A DNA stretch of 55,298 nt from Patescibacteria group bacterium (GTDB lineage: Bacteria; Patescibacteriota; Patescibacteriia; UBA1558; UBA10009), in contig JAHISB010000046.1 of assembly GCA_018818425.1 (NCBI GenBank), forward strand, positions 1 to 55,298, written 5' to 3'. The notes below the pieces were generated by a model. That model worked only from the letters and a program-made list of their open reading frames with translations. It made no database searches and had not been told where the DNA came from. Position numbers and translations under genes: made by a program. Positions 9,387 to 18,798 of this stretch are shown in pieces. Each line of letters begins with the position of its first letter. Position 1 is the first letter of the stretch.

Positions 9387-11495
9387 ATGATTTCTGTTAT
9401 TAAAACCCCGACCTATTTACTGGTTAGTTTAGTTTTGATTGTTCTTAATCTTTTGCCTTTCTTCGACGGCGGTTTAAGGATGATTTTTGGAGTTTTATAT
9501 CTGTTTTTTTACTCTTTAGTTTTAGGCAACTGGCTGTTTATTAAAAACTCAACTGTCTGCAAATTTGTTTTTGGCCTAATGTTTTTATTAATTCTGGCCA
9601 GTTTAATAGGCACGGCCAGCTTTTATCTGTGGCAATTGAATCTGTGGACTTTTTATTTAACCGTTATTATTATTCCCCTGCTGCTTTTACCGATAATTCA
9701 TAAATATCCCCTGATTTTTGAACCGGCCAGATTACAAATAAAACTGGACATCAATCAGCTGATTCTGCTTGTTAGCTACCTGATTCTGGCCATAACCATT
9801 TTTTATCTGCTGTTTGCCCATCAGACCTCTGAAGCCATCAGAACCCCGTGGCAGGTTTTACCCGGCCAGATCTTTTTACTATACTTTCTGGCCACTCTTT
9901 TTCTTTTTGTCTTTCTGATTATTTCCAAAAATTCTTTTAATCTTCTGCTGATTATTATTCATCTTTTTATGAGTTTTTCGGTAGCTTTAATTATCTACCA
10001 GATTGGCTTTGGCTACGATCCTTTTATCCACCGAAAAAACGTTGAGTTGATTCTGGCCAATGGCACTCTGCTACCCAAGCCCTTTTATTACCTTGGGCAA
10101 TACAGCTTGATTATTTTTTTAAAAAATCTTTTAGCAGTCTCGGCCGACTATCTGGATAAATTACTGGCGCCGGCAATGGCCGCAATTTATGCGCCAGTCA
10201 CTATTTATTATGCTTTCAAAGATAACTTCAAACTAAAAACCAGCTATCTTTATCTGATAATTTTAAGCTTATTGGCCTTCCCCTTCACCCATGTTATTAC
10301 CACCACCCCGCATGCTTTATCGGCTCTATTTTTTATCCTGACCATTTTATTTTCCATATATTATCTGGCTTACCCAAAAACTTCTTCATTGCCATTGTTG
10401 TTGATGGCTCTTTTTACTTTAGCTGTCCATCCTCTGGCCGGACTGCCGCTTTTGTTTGCCGTTATTCTGATTCTGTTATTTTTTAAGCATCAAAAAAATC
10501 TTGCCCTGCCCAAAATTTTGCGCCGCGGCATTTTGTGGGAAATATTTTTGCTAGGCTGTTTGGCTCTGCCGGCGGCTTTTATTATTAATTCCCAAACTTT
10601 ATCCCAGCTTAAAGTAAGTTTCAGCTTTAACTGGCTGATTAGCATCAGCAGCTCTGTTTTTAATAATCCCCTCTTTTTCTACCGCCCCTTTATCGCCATT
10701 TACGATTTAATCTACAACTATGCCAATAATCTGGCAGTTCTCTTTTTAATTGTGATAGCCGTGAGCGTCTATTTTTTAAAAACCAAAAAGCAGTTAAAAA
10801 ATTATGTTATCTATTTAATGATTTTTGCCATGGTTTTTATCAACTATTACCTGTTAAAAACCAGCGTTGATTTTTTCAGTCTGATGGATTACGAGCGACT
10901 TAATTATCCCTTAAGAGTTCTGCAACTTAGCTTATTTTCGCTGCTGCCTCTGCTGATCGTGGGCGGCTACTTGTTTTTCCAGAAAATTTTTAAGCAAAGC
11001 TCTTTAATAATTTTGCTGATGGTTATCCTGCTTTCGTTGGGTGCCACCGCTTCTTTTTACCTTTCTTACCCCAGGGTCGATACCATTGCCGAAAGCCATG
11101 GCTACTCCACTTCCATAACCGACTTAAAAACAGTCAATTTTATCGAACTAATTCAAAATAATGAACCTTACATAGTTTTAGCCAGCCAGCCGGTTTCGGC
11201 GGCCGCCTTAAAAGAACTTGGCTTTAAATATTACTATAACGACTATTTCTTTTACCCGGTGCCCACCGGCAATAAGCTGTATCAGCTTTACGAAGATTTA
11301 ATCTACAGCAAAGAAAAAACAGCCGATATTATTGCCACTGTCAGATATTTAACCGGCGTCAATGACATCTACTTAGTCATCAACTCCTACTGGTTCGACG
11401 CTCAAGATAAAATCAAGGAAGAGAAAGAAATCTGCGACAAGTGGTACGCCATAGACGGCAAAAATTTTATTTTCCAGTATGTGAACAACCGCTGA
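9387..11495 (+). CDS. Large polytopic membrane protein, possibly GT-C type
   Basis: More than 15 hydrophobic segments, GYDPFIH loop motif, C-terminal soluble domain. Confidence 0.6.
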   Translation: MISVIKTPTYLLVSLVLIVLNLLPFFDGGLRMIFGVLYLFFYSLVLGNWLFIKNSTVCKFVFGLMFLLILASLIGTASFYLWQLNLWTFYLTVIIIPLLLLPIIHKYPLIFEPARLQIKLDINQLILLVSYLILAITIFYLLFAHQTSEAIRTPWQVLPGQIFLLYFLATLFLFVFLIISKNSFNLLLIIIHLFMSFSVALIIYQIGFGYDPFIHRKNVELILANGTLLPKPFYYLGQYSLIIFLKNLLAVSADYLDKLLAPAMAAIYAPVTIYYAFKDNFKLKTSYLYLIILSLLAFPFTHVITTTPHALSALFFILTILFSIYYLAYPKTSSLPLLLMALFTLAVHPLAGLPLLFAVILILLFFKHQKNLALPKILRRGILWEIFLLGCLALPAAFIINSQTLSQLKVSFSFNWLISISSSVFNNPLFFYRPFIAIYDLIYNYANNLAVLFLIVIAVSVYFLKTKKQLKNYVIYLMIFAMVFINYYLLKTSVDFFSLMDYERLNYPLRVLQLSLFSLLPLLIVGGYLFFQKIFKQSSLIILLMVILLSLGATASFYLSYPRVDTIAESHGYSTSITDLKTVNFIELIQNNEPYIVLASQPVSAAALKELGFKYYYNDYFFYPVPTGNKLYQLYEDLIYSKEKTADIIATVRYLTGVNDIYLVINSYWFDAQDKIKEEKEICDKWYAIDGKNFIFQYVNNR

Positions 11496-11595
11496 CGACA
11501 CAAACCCTCGCTGACTTACCACAAACCGCTGACATCTTTTATTAGCGGTCAGCGGTCTGTCAGTGGTAAGTCAGTGTGGTCAGTGTTAGTCTGTG
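11451..11595 (+). repeat. Direct repeat copy 1 (3' end of membrane gene plus CACTGAC/GTCAGTG palindrome)
   Basis: Aligns with 12372-12509; last 37 nt identical. Confidence 0.92.
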
Positions 11596-11661
11596 CTTTT
11601 TATTTCCAACGCGCCTCGGCGCGCAGTGGCACGCAAGTTATGAATAACAAAAACTAACAAA

Positions 11662-12390
11662 ATGGATCGGATAACCTTAATTCAAAAAATTATTAAAGAG
11701 GCGAATTTTAGCGCTTATCTTGAGATAGGCACTCAAGCCGGCAAATCATTTTTACCGATTAAGTGTAAATACAAGATTGCCGTTGACCCTATGTTTTGCA
11801 TATCAAGCAAAAGAAAAATAAAATGGCTTTTAAAAAATCCCCTTAATATAAAAAATAAATATTTTGAAGAAACAAGCGATGATTTCTTTGCCAAAAAAAA
11901 ATCATTTCTGGATAAAAGGGGAAAAATAGATATAATATTAATTGACGGATCCCATACCTTTGAAGGGTCTCTAAAAGATGTTTTAAACTCGCTTAAATAC
12001 CTAAACGATAGGGGTGTGATTATACTGCACGACTGCTATCCGCCAAACGTTGCTTCTGCCACGCCTGCAAAATCTAAAAACGAGGCCGCGAAAAAAGAAG
12101 TTGAGGGCTGGACAGGAGAATGGTGCGGAGATGTTTGGAAAACGATTGTCTATTTAAGAAGGGCTTTTTCGGATTTACTCGACGTTTGTATAATAAATAC
12201 AGATTACGGATTGGGAATAGTCAGAATAAAAAATAAAATACAAAAACCCTTGAGCATTGATAACAAATTATTTGACGAGATGCATAAAATTCCATTTGAA
12301 GAAGTAAAGCAAAATGCAGAATCAATGATAGGGCTAAAAGATGAGAATTTTACCAAAGTTTTAATTAATGAATTGGCGGCAAAAATTTAA
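11662..12390 (+). CDS. Class I SAM-dependent methyltransferase (Methyltransf_24-like)
   Basis: YLEIG, AVDP, TSDDFF, DIILIDGSHTFE, GVIILHDC, WCGDVWK. Confidence 0.85.
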   Translation: MDRITLIQKIIKEANFSAYLEIGTQAGKSFLPIKCKYKIAVDPMFCISSKRKIKWLLKNPLNIKNKYFEETSDDFFAKKKSFLDKRGKIDIILIDGSHTFEGSLKDVLNSLKYLNDRGVIILHDCYPPNVASATPAKSKNEAAKKEVEGWTGEWCGDVWKTIVYLRRAFSDLLDVCIINTDYGLGIVRIKNKIQKPLSIDNKLFDEMHKIPFEEVKQNAESMIGLKDENFTKVLINELAAKI

Positions 12391-12509
12391 TTTTTAAGTA
12401 TGTGAATTAGCAACCACTGACGACACGAACCCTCACTGACTTACTACAAACCACTGACAAAAGATGTCAGCGGTCAGTGGTAAGTCAGTGTGGTCAGTGT
12501 TAGTCTGTG
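12372..12509 (+). repeat. Direct repeat copy 2
   Basis: Aligns with 11451-11595. Confidence 0.92.
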
Positions 12510-12532
12510 GCCAAATTTTACCATAAAACTTC

Positions 12533-12560
12533 TTGACAACAACCGCCTTAATGATAATCT
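12533..12560 (+). promoter_or_regulatory. Possible sigma70-type promoter with no ORF downstream
   Basis: TTGACA-N16-TAATCT with a TGn extension. Confidence 0.35.
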
Positions 12561-12574
12561 TAGCCATAAAAATT

Positions 12575-12603
12575 GAGCGAAGTAAAACTTCGCTCGTTTT
12601 TTT
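12575..12603. terminator. Intrinsic terminator, probably bidirectional
   Basis: 9-bp stem gagcgaagt-aaa-acttcgctc, T7 on + side, A-run on the other side; between convergent genes. Confidence 0.75.
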
Positions 12604-12678
12604 ATTTTAACAATATTTTTAAAAATAATTTCTCTATAACCAAAGCCCGCTGAAAAATCAACCATTCTTCTGATAATT

Positions 12679-12981
12679 TTAAGCAACAAGCTCCAATGTT
12701 TTCACCTCATTTTTTAAAACATAGGTTAATGCCTCTGCTTCTGTTTCTAAATCATAACGGGACTGCAAATTAAGCCAGAACTGCGGAGAAACATTAAAAT
12801 ACTTGCCCAAGCGCAAGGCGGTGCCTGCGGTAACCGACCTTGAGCCATGCACAATTTCGTTGATTCTTATGGGGGCCACGCCGATATCTTTGGCCAAACG
12901 GTATTGGCTGATTTCAAATGGAATCAAAAATTCTTCCATTAATATTTCGCCAGGGTGGATGGGTTTTATTTTTTTGGTCAT
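12679..12981 (-). CDS. higA: HigA/VapI-family HTH antitoxin (no cognate toxin adjacent)
   Basis: PIHPGEIL.EEFL, SQYRLAK, RINEIVHG, TALRLGKYF, FWLNLQSRYDL. Confidence 0.93.
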   Translation of the reverse strand: MTKKIKPIHPGEILMEEFLIPFEISQYRLAKDIGVAPIRINEIVHGSRSVTAGTALRLGKYFNVSPQFWLNLQSRYDLETEAEALTYVLKNEVKTLELVA

Positions 12982-13394
12982 AAACTTAACATAATTCGTT
13001 TTTTTATTTTATTGACTATGTTTTCAATTGCGGTTTTATTTTTAATTTGGTGTTCCCAAACTCTAAAAATTTTCCAACCTTTTTGTTTATAGCACTTCAA
13101 AACATCTTTGTCTCTTTTAGAATTTTTAGATATTTTATCAGACCAATATTTTTTATGCGTCACTGGCAAGCGACAATGTTTTTTACATCCATGCCAAAAA
13201 CAAGAATCAATGAAAATGACAGTTTTATATTTTTTTAAAACAATATCCGGCTTTCCAAAGTACTTGCCGGAGTTTTTTCTATAATGAAAACCTTGCTGCC
13301 AAAGCTTTTTGCGAAATAATAATTCAATTTTACTGTCTTTATTTTTAATACGGGACATTATCTCGCTCCGTTTTTTCTTTGAGACAGTATCCAT
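12978..13394 (-). CDS. vsr: Very short patch repair endonuclease
   Basis: RSEIMSRIK, GKPDIV, FIDSCFWHGC, YWSDKI..N..RD, VWEH. Confidence 0.95.
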   Translation of the reverse strand: MDTVSKKKRSEIMSRIKNKDSKIELLFRKKLWQQGFHYRKNSGKYFGKPDIVLKKYKTVIFIDSCFWHGCKKHCRLPVTHKKYWSDKISKNSKRDKDVLKCYKQKGWKIFRVWEHQIKNKTAIENIVNKIKKRIMLSL

Positions 13395-13401
13395 ATAAAA
13401 A

Positions 13402-14469
13402 TTAGCTTTCTATTTTCCATTCCGTCGGCATTGCGATTTTGTCATATCCCCGTTTTTTCATAAAAGGTACTATTTCCTTGCTGGATGGAAACTCCGCGTC
13501 AAATTCGCGTTGGATGTCTTTAATCAAATTCGCTCCAAGATTTCCTCTGTATTTTTTGCTCAAACAAAGTTGATACCAACCGTTTAGATCATTTATCGTG
13601 ATAATGCCTTGTATTCTGTCGCTCCAACCAACTTGTTTCAGCAAAAATTCAATAGACGTTTTTTCTTTATCTACGCAGACAATAACAATTTTATCGGCCA
13701 TTATTTCATCTACCATATTTTCTACAAGTTCAGGCGTGAGAGTTAAATGTTTAACTTGAATTGCGGGACCAAAATTCGACCATATATCTAAACCTCTGTC
13801 AGCCGCGTTTGTCACGCCGACACGAAACAGCGCGGCCGGCATGACAATCTTCATTTGGTTTGAATCAATGCCCAAAACCATTTTAATAAAACTTTCAAAA
13901 TCTTTTAAAATTGAACTGTCTTTATTTCCTATTTCCAAAGTGATTTGCGCTTTTAAATGGCGCACTATTGTCGCAAAAAGAGCATAAACCAAAATTTCAT
14001 ACATTTTGTCTATACTCCTGCGCAGCCCGGGAATTTTTTTAAAAAGCGAAACGATTTTCTTAATCGAAAAAACGTCTGGACTTGAAGTTTTTATATAATC
14101 CTCCACTTCACGAACCGAAGATAGGCGCTGTTCTAACGCTTTGTATATGTAAGCTTCAACATAACCCTTTCCTTTTTTATTGATCGTTCCGAGCTCTTTA
14201 AGAAGTTTCGGCGGTATCGCGTTTGCTTCAAAAACATTATCCTGATATTTTTGGCTTGATGTGCTGCGGCGACCGACTAAAAGCAAAGAGATTTCGTCTC
14301 GCCATTTTTTAGAAATGTTGCGATAAGACTCTAAGTCCATCAAATCCCATCCTCGTTTCGCGCGGTGTTGATGCAGTATCTCGGCTATTTGTATCGGTTT
14401 GTATAAATGAACTCGGGATATTTTTATTATTCTGTCTAATGCTTGTTTGGCGTTAATTTGTTTATGCAT
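13402..14469 (-). CDS. Type II restriction endonuclease, HaeII-like family
   Basis: N-terminal RVHLYKPIQIAEIL and TNAADRGLD..SNFGPAIQVKH recalled from the HaeII family; between a C5 methylase and vsr. Confidence 0.8.
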   Translation of the reverse strand: MHKQINAKQALDRIIKISRVHLYKPIQIAEILHQHRAKRGWDLMDLESYRNISKKWRDEISLLLVGRRSTSSQKYQDNVFEANAIPPKLLKELGTINKKGKGYVEAYIYKALEQRLSSVREVEDYIKTSSPDVFSIKKIVSLFKKIPGLRRSIDKMYEILVYALFATIVRHLKAQITLEIGNKDSSILKDFESFIKMVLGIDSNQMKIVMPAALFRVGVTNAADRGLDIWSNFGPAIQVKHLTLTPELVENMVDEIMADKIVIVCVDKEKTSIEFLLKQVGWSDRIQGIITINDLNGWYQLCLSKKYRGNLGANLIKDIQREFDAEFPSSKEIVPFMKKRGYDKIAMPTEWKIES

Positions 14470-15478
14470 ATATTAAAGAGTCATCTAAAACCTTATTGTT
14501 ATTTTTTGTTTTGGAAATAATTTTAAACATATTGACTTGCTCAAGAATGGGTTGAGGTTCTTGCGCCATGGCTTGGAGCATGGCCATTGCCACGGTTTGT
14601 ATTTTTGGAATAACCACGCTATTGCCGGCCTGTTTACGTACCTGCGTGTCCGATACAACAATTTTAAAAGAATTTGGGAAACCTTGCAACCGCAACATTT
14701 CTCTCGGAGTAAGTCGTCGTTTGCCGTTAACTATCAAATAATTATATGAGCCGTTCGCTCGCAAAGCGCATGAAAATGGATGGATTCCGATATTACCGGA
14801 TTTGTTTTCATGCCACACAGAGAGAAAATCGGGTTGTTTTTTACCCTGCTCTTTAATCCTGGCTTTTATTTTTTTTGCAAAGTATTCGCTAAGAAAATGT
14901 TTTTTGTCTATTTTATCGTCTGGTTCTAAAATATCTTTTAACTTTTTAGTTTTTTGACCGTTTGTCGGAAATTCAAAAGGATAGTTTTCTTTGAATCCAA
15001 CTATTATTATTCGCTCTCTTTTTTGCGGAACTCCAAAATCAAGCCCGTTCAATATTTTATAATGAACATAATATCCTAAACCTTGTAATGTTTGCAAAAT
15101 GACCTTGAAAGTGCGCCCTTTATCATGAGAAACTAGTCTCTTGACGTTTTCAAGCAGAAACGCTTTTGGCTGCTTTGCTTTTAATATGCGTTCAACGTCA
15201 AAGAATAATGTTCCTCTCGTGTCCGCAAAACCCAAGCCATTCCCTATTATGCTAAACGCTTGGCAAGGGAATCCGCCAGTCAAAATATCATGATCCGGTA
15301 TATCATCGGCATTTATTTTTGTAATATCGCCGAAGGGCTTCTCGCCAAAATTTGCCTCGTACATTTTTTGGCAAGGTTCGTCATATTCAGAAGTAAAAAC
15401 GCATTTTCCGCCATTTTGTTCAAATGCGATTCGTATGCCTCCTATGCCGGCAAATAAATCAATAAATGTGAATTTCAT
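14462..15478 (-). CDS. dcm: DNA (cytosine-5)-methyltransferase
   Basis: DLFAGIGG, GFPCQAFS, ENV, PQKRER, RLQGFP, GNSV. Confidence 0.96.
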   Translation of the reverse strand: MKFTFIDLFAGIGGIRIAFEQNGGKCVFTSEYDEPCQKMYEANFGEKPFGDITKINADDIPDHDILTGGFPCQAFSIIGNGLGFADTRGTLFFDVERILKAKQPKAFLLENVKRLVSHDKGRTFKVILQTLQGLGYYVHYKILNGLDFGVPQKRERIIIVGFKENYPFEFPTNGQKTKKLKDILEPDDKIDKKHFLSEYFAKKIKARIKEQGKKQPDFLSVWHENKSGNIGIHPFSCALRANGSYNYLIVNGKRRLTPREMLRLQGFPNSFKIVVSDTQVRKQAGNSVVIPKIQTVAMAMLQAMAQEPQPILEQVNMFKIISKTKNNNKVLDDSLIYA

Positions 15479-15502
15479 AGTTATTTCGCTTTTATTATAT
15501 TT

Positions 15503-15531
15503 ATTATCTCATTTTTTATACAGATATTCAA
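15503..15531 (-). promoter_or_regulatory. Putative sigma70 promoter of the RM operon
   Basis: Minus strand TTGAAT-N17-GATAAT, 24 nt upstream of the dcm ATG. Confidence 0.5.
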
Positions 15532-15554
15532 TAGATGTTTGAGTTTGCCAGCAT

Positions 15555-16445
15555 TTAGTCATCCTTCACAACCACAATCCAGTGCCAGTTTAGTTGGTTG
15601 ATGACGGGGATTTTTAACAGAATTTCATCAATAATCAATAATGTCCATTCAACTATTAGAGGAACTTTGATTCTCTTTTTTAGTTTGAAAATTCGGTAAA
15701 TAGCTTCCAAGCCGTAGTGGAGAAAACCTAAAAGTAACCAGACTCGCTTTAGTTTGAGGACTGAGGACTGAGGACTGAGGACTGATGGAAAATCTGATTT
15801 TATGTAGCCCTGATGGGTTTCGTCGGCTTCGGAATGGCCATGGTATATTCTTAAACTTTTTGACTGGCTAAATAACTTAGTGAACCGCATCATAAACTTG
15901 GAGGGCTCCATGGCTAAAATAATCAGGCCGTCTTTTTGAGTGACGCGTTTTATCTCGGCCAGCGCTTTTTGCTGATTTTCAAAATGGTGGAATGTAGCAA
16001 CCATAAATGTTGCTGTTACGGAGTTTTCTGATAACGGCAAATTTTGACCGTCAGCAACTAAGTAAATAATTTTATTATTACTTATTGAAGACTGATCATT
16101 GATCGCTGTTTTTATTGATTTTACTGACTCTTCGCTGATATCCGAAGCGATTACCTGATATCCTTTTTTGATGAGGGGCTTTAAATCGTAACCGCTGCCG
16201 GAGCCAATTTCCAAAATAACTGAATCTTGAGGCAGTTGATAAAGATATTTTTTAAAATAATTATGATAAAATTTATTTCTTAAAGTATTTAACTGATGGA
16301 CTTCTGCTTCGTCCTGATAAATTTTATTATGAAACTCAATTTCTTTTTTCTGAAAATCAGTAACTTTAGGCAGATAATAAAAAATCCCCTCTTGATCCTG
16401 GGTTTTAGATTTTAGTTCTTGAATTATTTCTTCAATTCTTGACAT
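15555..16445 (-). CDS. Class I SAM-dependent methyltransferase (Methyltransf_11-like)
   Basis: ILEIGSGSG, ASDIS, VADGQNLPL, FHHF, LAEIKRV..KDG. Confidence 0.88.
   Translation of the reverse strand: MSRIEEIIQELKSKTQDQEGIFYYLPKVTDFQKKEIEFHNKIYQDEAEVHQLNTLRNKFYHNYFKKYLYQLPQDSVILEIGSGSGYDLKPLIKKGYQVIASDISEESVKSIKTAINDQSSISNNKIIYLVADGQNLPLSENSVTATFMVATFHHFENQQKALAEIKRVTQKDGLIILAMEPSKFMMRFTKLFSQSKSLRIYHGHSEADETHQGYIKSDFPSVLSPQSSVLKLKRVWLLLGFLHYGLEAIYRIFKLKKRIKVPLIVEWTLLIIDEILLKIPVINQLNWHWIVVVKDD
15755..15789. repeat. Intragenic heptamer tandem (TGAGGAC)x4 plus one degenerate unit
   Basis: tgaggac x4 then tgatgga; encodes PSVLSPQSSVLK on the minus strand. Confidence 0.9.
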
Positions 16446-17608
16446 AAAGTTAATAGTTGCTGAACGTATTTATCCGCCGAAAACTGCTGGACAAACTCAT
16501 AGCCGTTTTGCCCGTAATCTTTCAAGTCTTCTTTAATAATTTTTAGATGGTCCCATTTTTTCAGCAAATCATTTTCATCTGCTGACTTAAAAATAAAACC
16601 TGTCTGACCCTCGATAACCAGTTCTTTAGAGCCGCCGCTGTCCGATACCAGTACCGGCACCTGATGGTTATAAGCTTCGTAGATGACGGTCGGCGAATTA
16701 TCCCACCAAATAGAAGGGACTATTAGAATATTTGATTGATAGAATATTTGATCAATTTGTTGATAATCAACTTTGCCTAAAATTTTAATACGGTTATCAA
16801 CCTTGATCAATTCTTTTATTGACTCTAACTGACTGCCCTGACCAACAATCAATAACTCGCTGTTAGGTTCTGGCCATTTCATAAAAGTTCTGACTAAAAA
16901 TTCAACCCCTTTATGTGATTCAACCTGCCCTAGAAATAACAATTTTAGACGCGTTGGATCTTGGGTCTTAGGTCTTAGGTCTTTGATAATACAAGGATTA
17001 GGCAAGACCGCTGTTTTTGACCCCTTAAAGAAACCATATTCCAGATGCTTATCCAAAACAAACTTTGAAGGCGAAATCACCATATCCGGCGATTTAAATA
17101 GAGCCCGGGTAATTCTGCTGTAGAGCCATAAAAACGGCCCGATTTGGGTCAAATTTTGGCCCTGGCGATACATTGAACCGTGCGGGTCTATCAGCTGGTA
17201 ATCGTGCAGAATATGAATATGGGGCATTTTTAATTTTCTGATAATTTTCGGTATCTGATAACTAAAGCCTTTCAGATTATGGGTGATGATTAATTCGGGC
17301 TGAAAATTATTTAATTCCGACTCAATCTTGGCGGCCGTGTTAAAATTAAACAAATCAAAAAAATGCCACCAGCACTTTTTCAGCCAAGACATTTTATAAT
17401 CGTCCAAAAGATAATAGATGTTTCGGGGATTAAAACGGCAGAGCTTTAAATTACCCTCCGCCAGACAATTCTTAATACCTTCCGGCTGAGTGGTGATAAC
17501 AAGAACCTGATGATTTTTGATTAATTCATTAACGGCCAGTTCAATAACTCTTTCCGTGCCTCCCCTCTGATAAGGTTTATATAAATTGTTAATTAAGCAA
17601 ATCTTCAT
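16424..17608 (-). CDS. Glycosyltransferase family 4
   Basis: RGGTE, HILHDY, FLGQVESHKG, PSIWWDNSPTVIYEA. Confidence 0.92.
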   Translation of the reverse strand: MKICLINNLYKPYQRGGTERVIELAVNELIKNHQVLVITTQPEGIKNCLAEGNLKLCRFNPRNIYYLLDDYKMSWLKKCWWHFFDLFNFNTAAKIESELNNFQPELIITHNLKGFSYQIPKIIRKLKMPHIHILHDYQLIDPHGSMYRQGQNLTQIGPFLWLYSRITRALFKSPDMVISPSKFVLDKHLEYGFFKGSKTAVLPNPCIIKDLRPKTQDPTRLKLLFLGQVESHKGVEFLVRTFMKWPEPNSELLIVGQGSQLESIKELIKVDNRIKILGKVDYQQIDQIFYQSNILIVPSIWWDNSPTVIYEAYNHQVPVLVSDSGGSKELVIEGQTGFIFKSADENDLLKKWDHLKIIKEDLKDYGQNGYEFVQQFSADKYVQQLLTLCQELKK

Positions 17609-17609
17609 T

Positions 17610-18755
17610 TTAGCTTTGGTATAAATCGATTATCTTTTTAACAATGATGGACCAGCCGTATTTTTCTAACACTTTCTGGCGGCCTGCCTTCCCGTATTCA
17701 ATTATCTCTTGGGGATGGTCTAAAAAATATTTCATCTGCTCGGCTAAATGCTCCGCATCTTTGGGGCGGGCCAGGCGGCCGTCCATTTTTTTATTGACGA
17801 CCTGGCGGACGCCGGGCAGATTAGTGGCAATCACCGGCTTGCCGCAGGCCATCGCCTCCAGCAAAACCATGCCAAAGGCCTCGCTTTTGTCGATTGAGGG
17901 CAAAACAAAAAAATCGCAGAGATTATAATATTTAATCAATTCCCCGTCGGGAATGTAGCCGGCAAAAATAACCTTGTCATAAATACCGAATGATTCAGCC
18001 AGATCGATATAAACCTGCTTTAAATCGCCGTCGCCGACCAAAATTAATTTCAGGTCATCCCTGTCCAGCAGTTGGACGGCCTTTAATAAATAATTGACTC
18101 CCTTAAAATAATGAGCGGAATCAAGACCGCCCACAAATAACACAACTTTTTTATTCATCAGCCCATACTTGTTTTTTAAATTGCCATTGGAAAAAGACGG
18201 TTTAAAAAAATCCGTATCCACGCCGTTAGGTATCTCCGCTATCTTATAGCCATATCTCTGTTGATATTTGGCTAACAACGATTCTGTCAAATAATCCCTG
18301 GAAGTGACAATAATCTTATCGGCCTGTTTAACTAAAATAGGCAAAAACAATAAATTATAAATTTTGAAAATACAGCTCCTCCAGCCCCGGCCCACTAAAT
18401 CCATATGATAATGAAGGATTAATTTATTCTTTTTGCCCTTAAAAAACTTCAACAGCACAATGGCCAGACAGGCGCCGATAAAAGGAAAATGAAAATGGAT
18501 AATCTGATAGCGCCATAACCGCCAGAACAGCTGAAAAACTTCAGCGGCATTGCCGTATCTAAAAGCAGTAGCTAATTTATCAATTTTAAAATAGCTTACC
18601 AAATCCCTGTCAAAAACGCCGCGGCGGGGAGTAAAAACTGTAACATTGTACTTTAAGCTGCTTAACTTATCGGCGATCTGATAGGCCACATTGCCCATGC
18701 CGCCGTGATAAGGCGGAAAGGTGGAAACAACTTGAGCTATTTTCATGTTAGTCAT
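17610..18755 (-). CDS. Glycosyltransferase family 4
   Basis: FPPYHGGM, IPNGVD, FVGGL....FKG, EAFGMVLLEAMACGKPV. Confidence 0.94.
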   Translation of the reverse strand: MTNMKIAQVVSTFPPYHGGMGNVAYQIADKLSSLKYNVTVFTPRRGVFDRDLVSYFKIDKLATAFRYGNAAEVFQLFWRLWRYQIIHFHFPFIGACLAIVLLKFFKGKKNKLILHYHMDLVGRGWRSCIFKIYNLLFLPILVKQADKIIVTSRDYLTESLLAKYQQRYGYKIAEIPNGVDTDFFKPSFSNGNLKNKYGLMNKKVVLFVGGLDSAHYFKGVNYLLKAVQLLDRDDLKLILVGDGDLKQVYIDLAESFGIYDKVIFAGYIPDGELIKYYNLCDFFVLPSIDKSEAFGMVLLEAMACGKPVIATNLPGVRQVVNKKMDGRLARPKDAEHLAEQMKYFLDHPQEIIEYGKAGRQKVLEKYGWSIIVKKIIDLYQS

Positions 18756-18798
18756 ATAAGCTTAAGAGTAAACTTAACATATTCAACTTAACAACATA

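Noticed and set aside
11604-11643. ttccaac...gcgcctcggcgcgc...gttatga upstream of the methyltransferase as an integron attC
   Set aside because: Does not match RYYYAAC/GTTRRRY, is too short, and no intI is present; at most a half-site remnant.
11486-12509. CACTGAC/GTCAGTG repeats as a CRISPR array
   Set aside because: No constant 23-47-bp repeats with unique spacers and no cas genes.
12474-12689. 71-aa ORF downstream of higA as the missing toxin
   Set aside because: It runs through a terminator, a promoter-like sequence and a repeat, and shows no RelE/HigB features.
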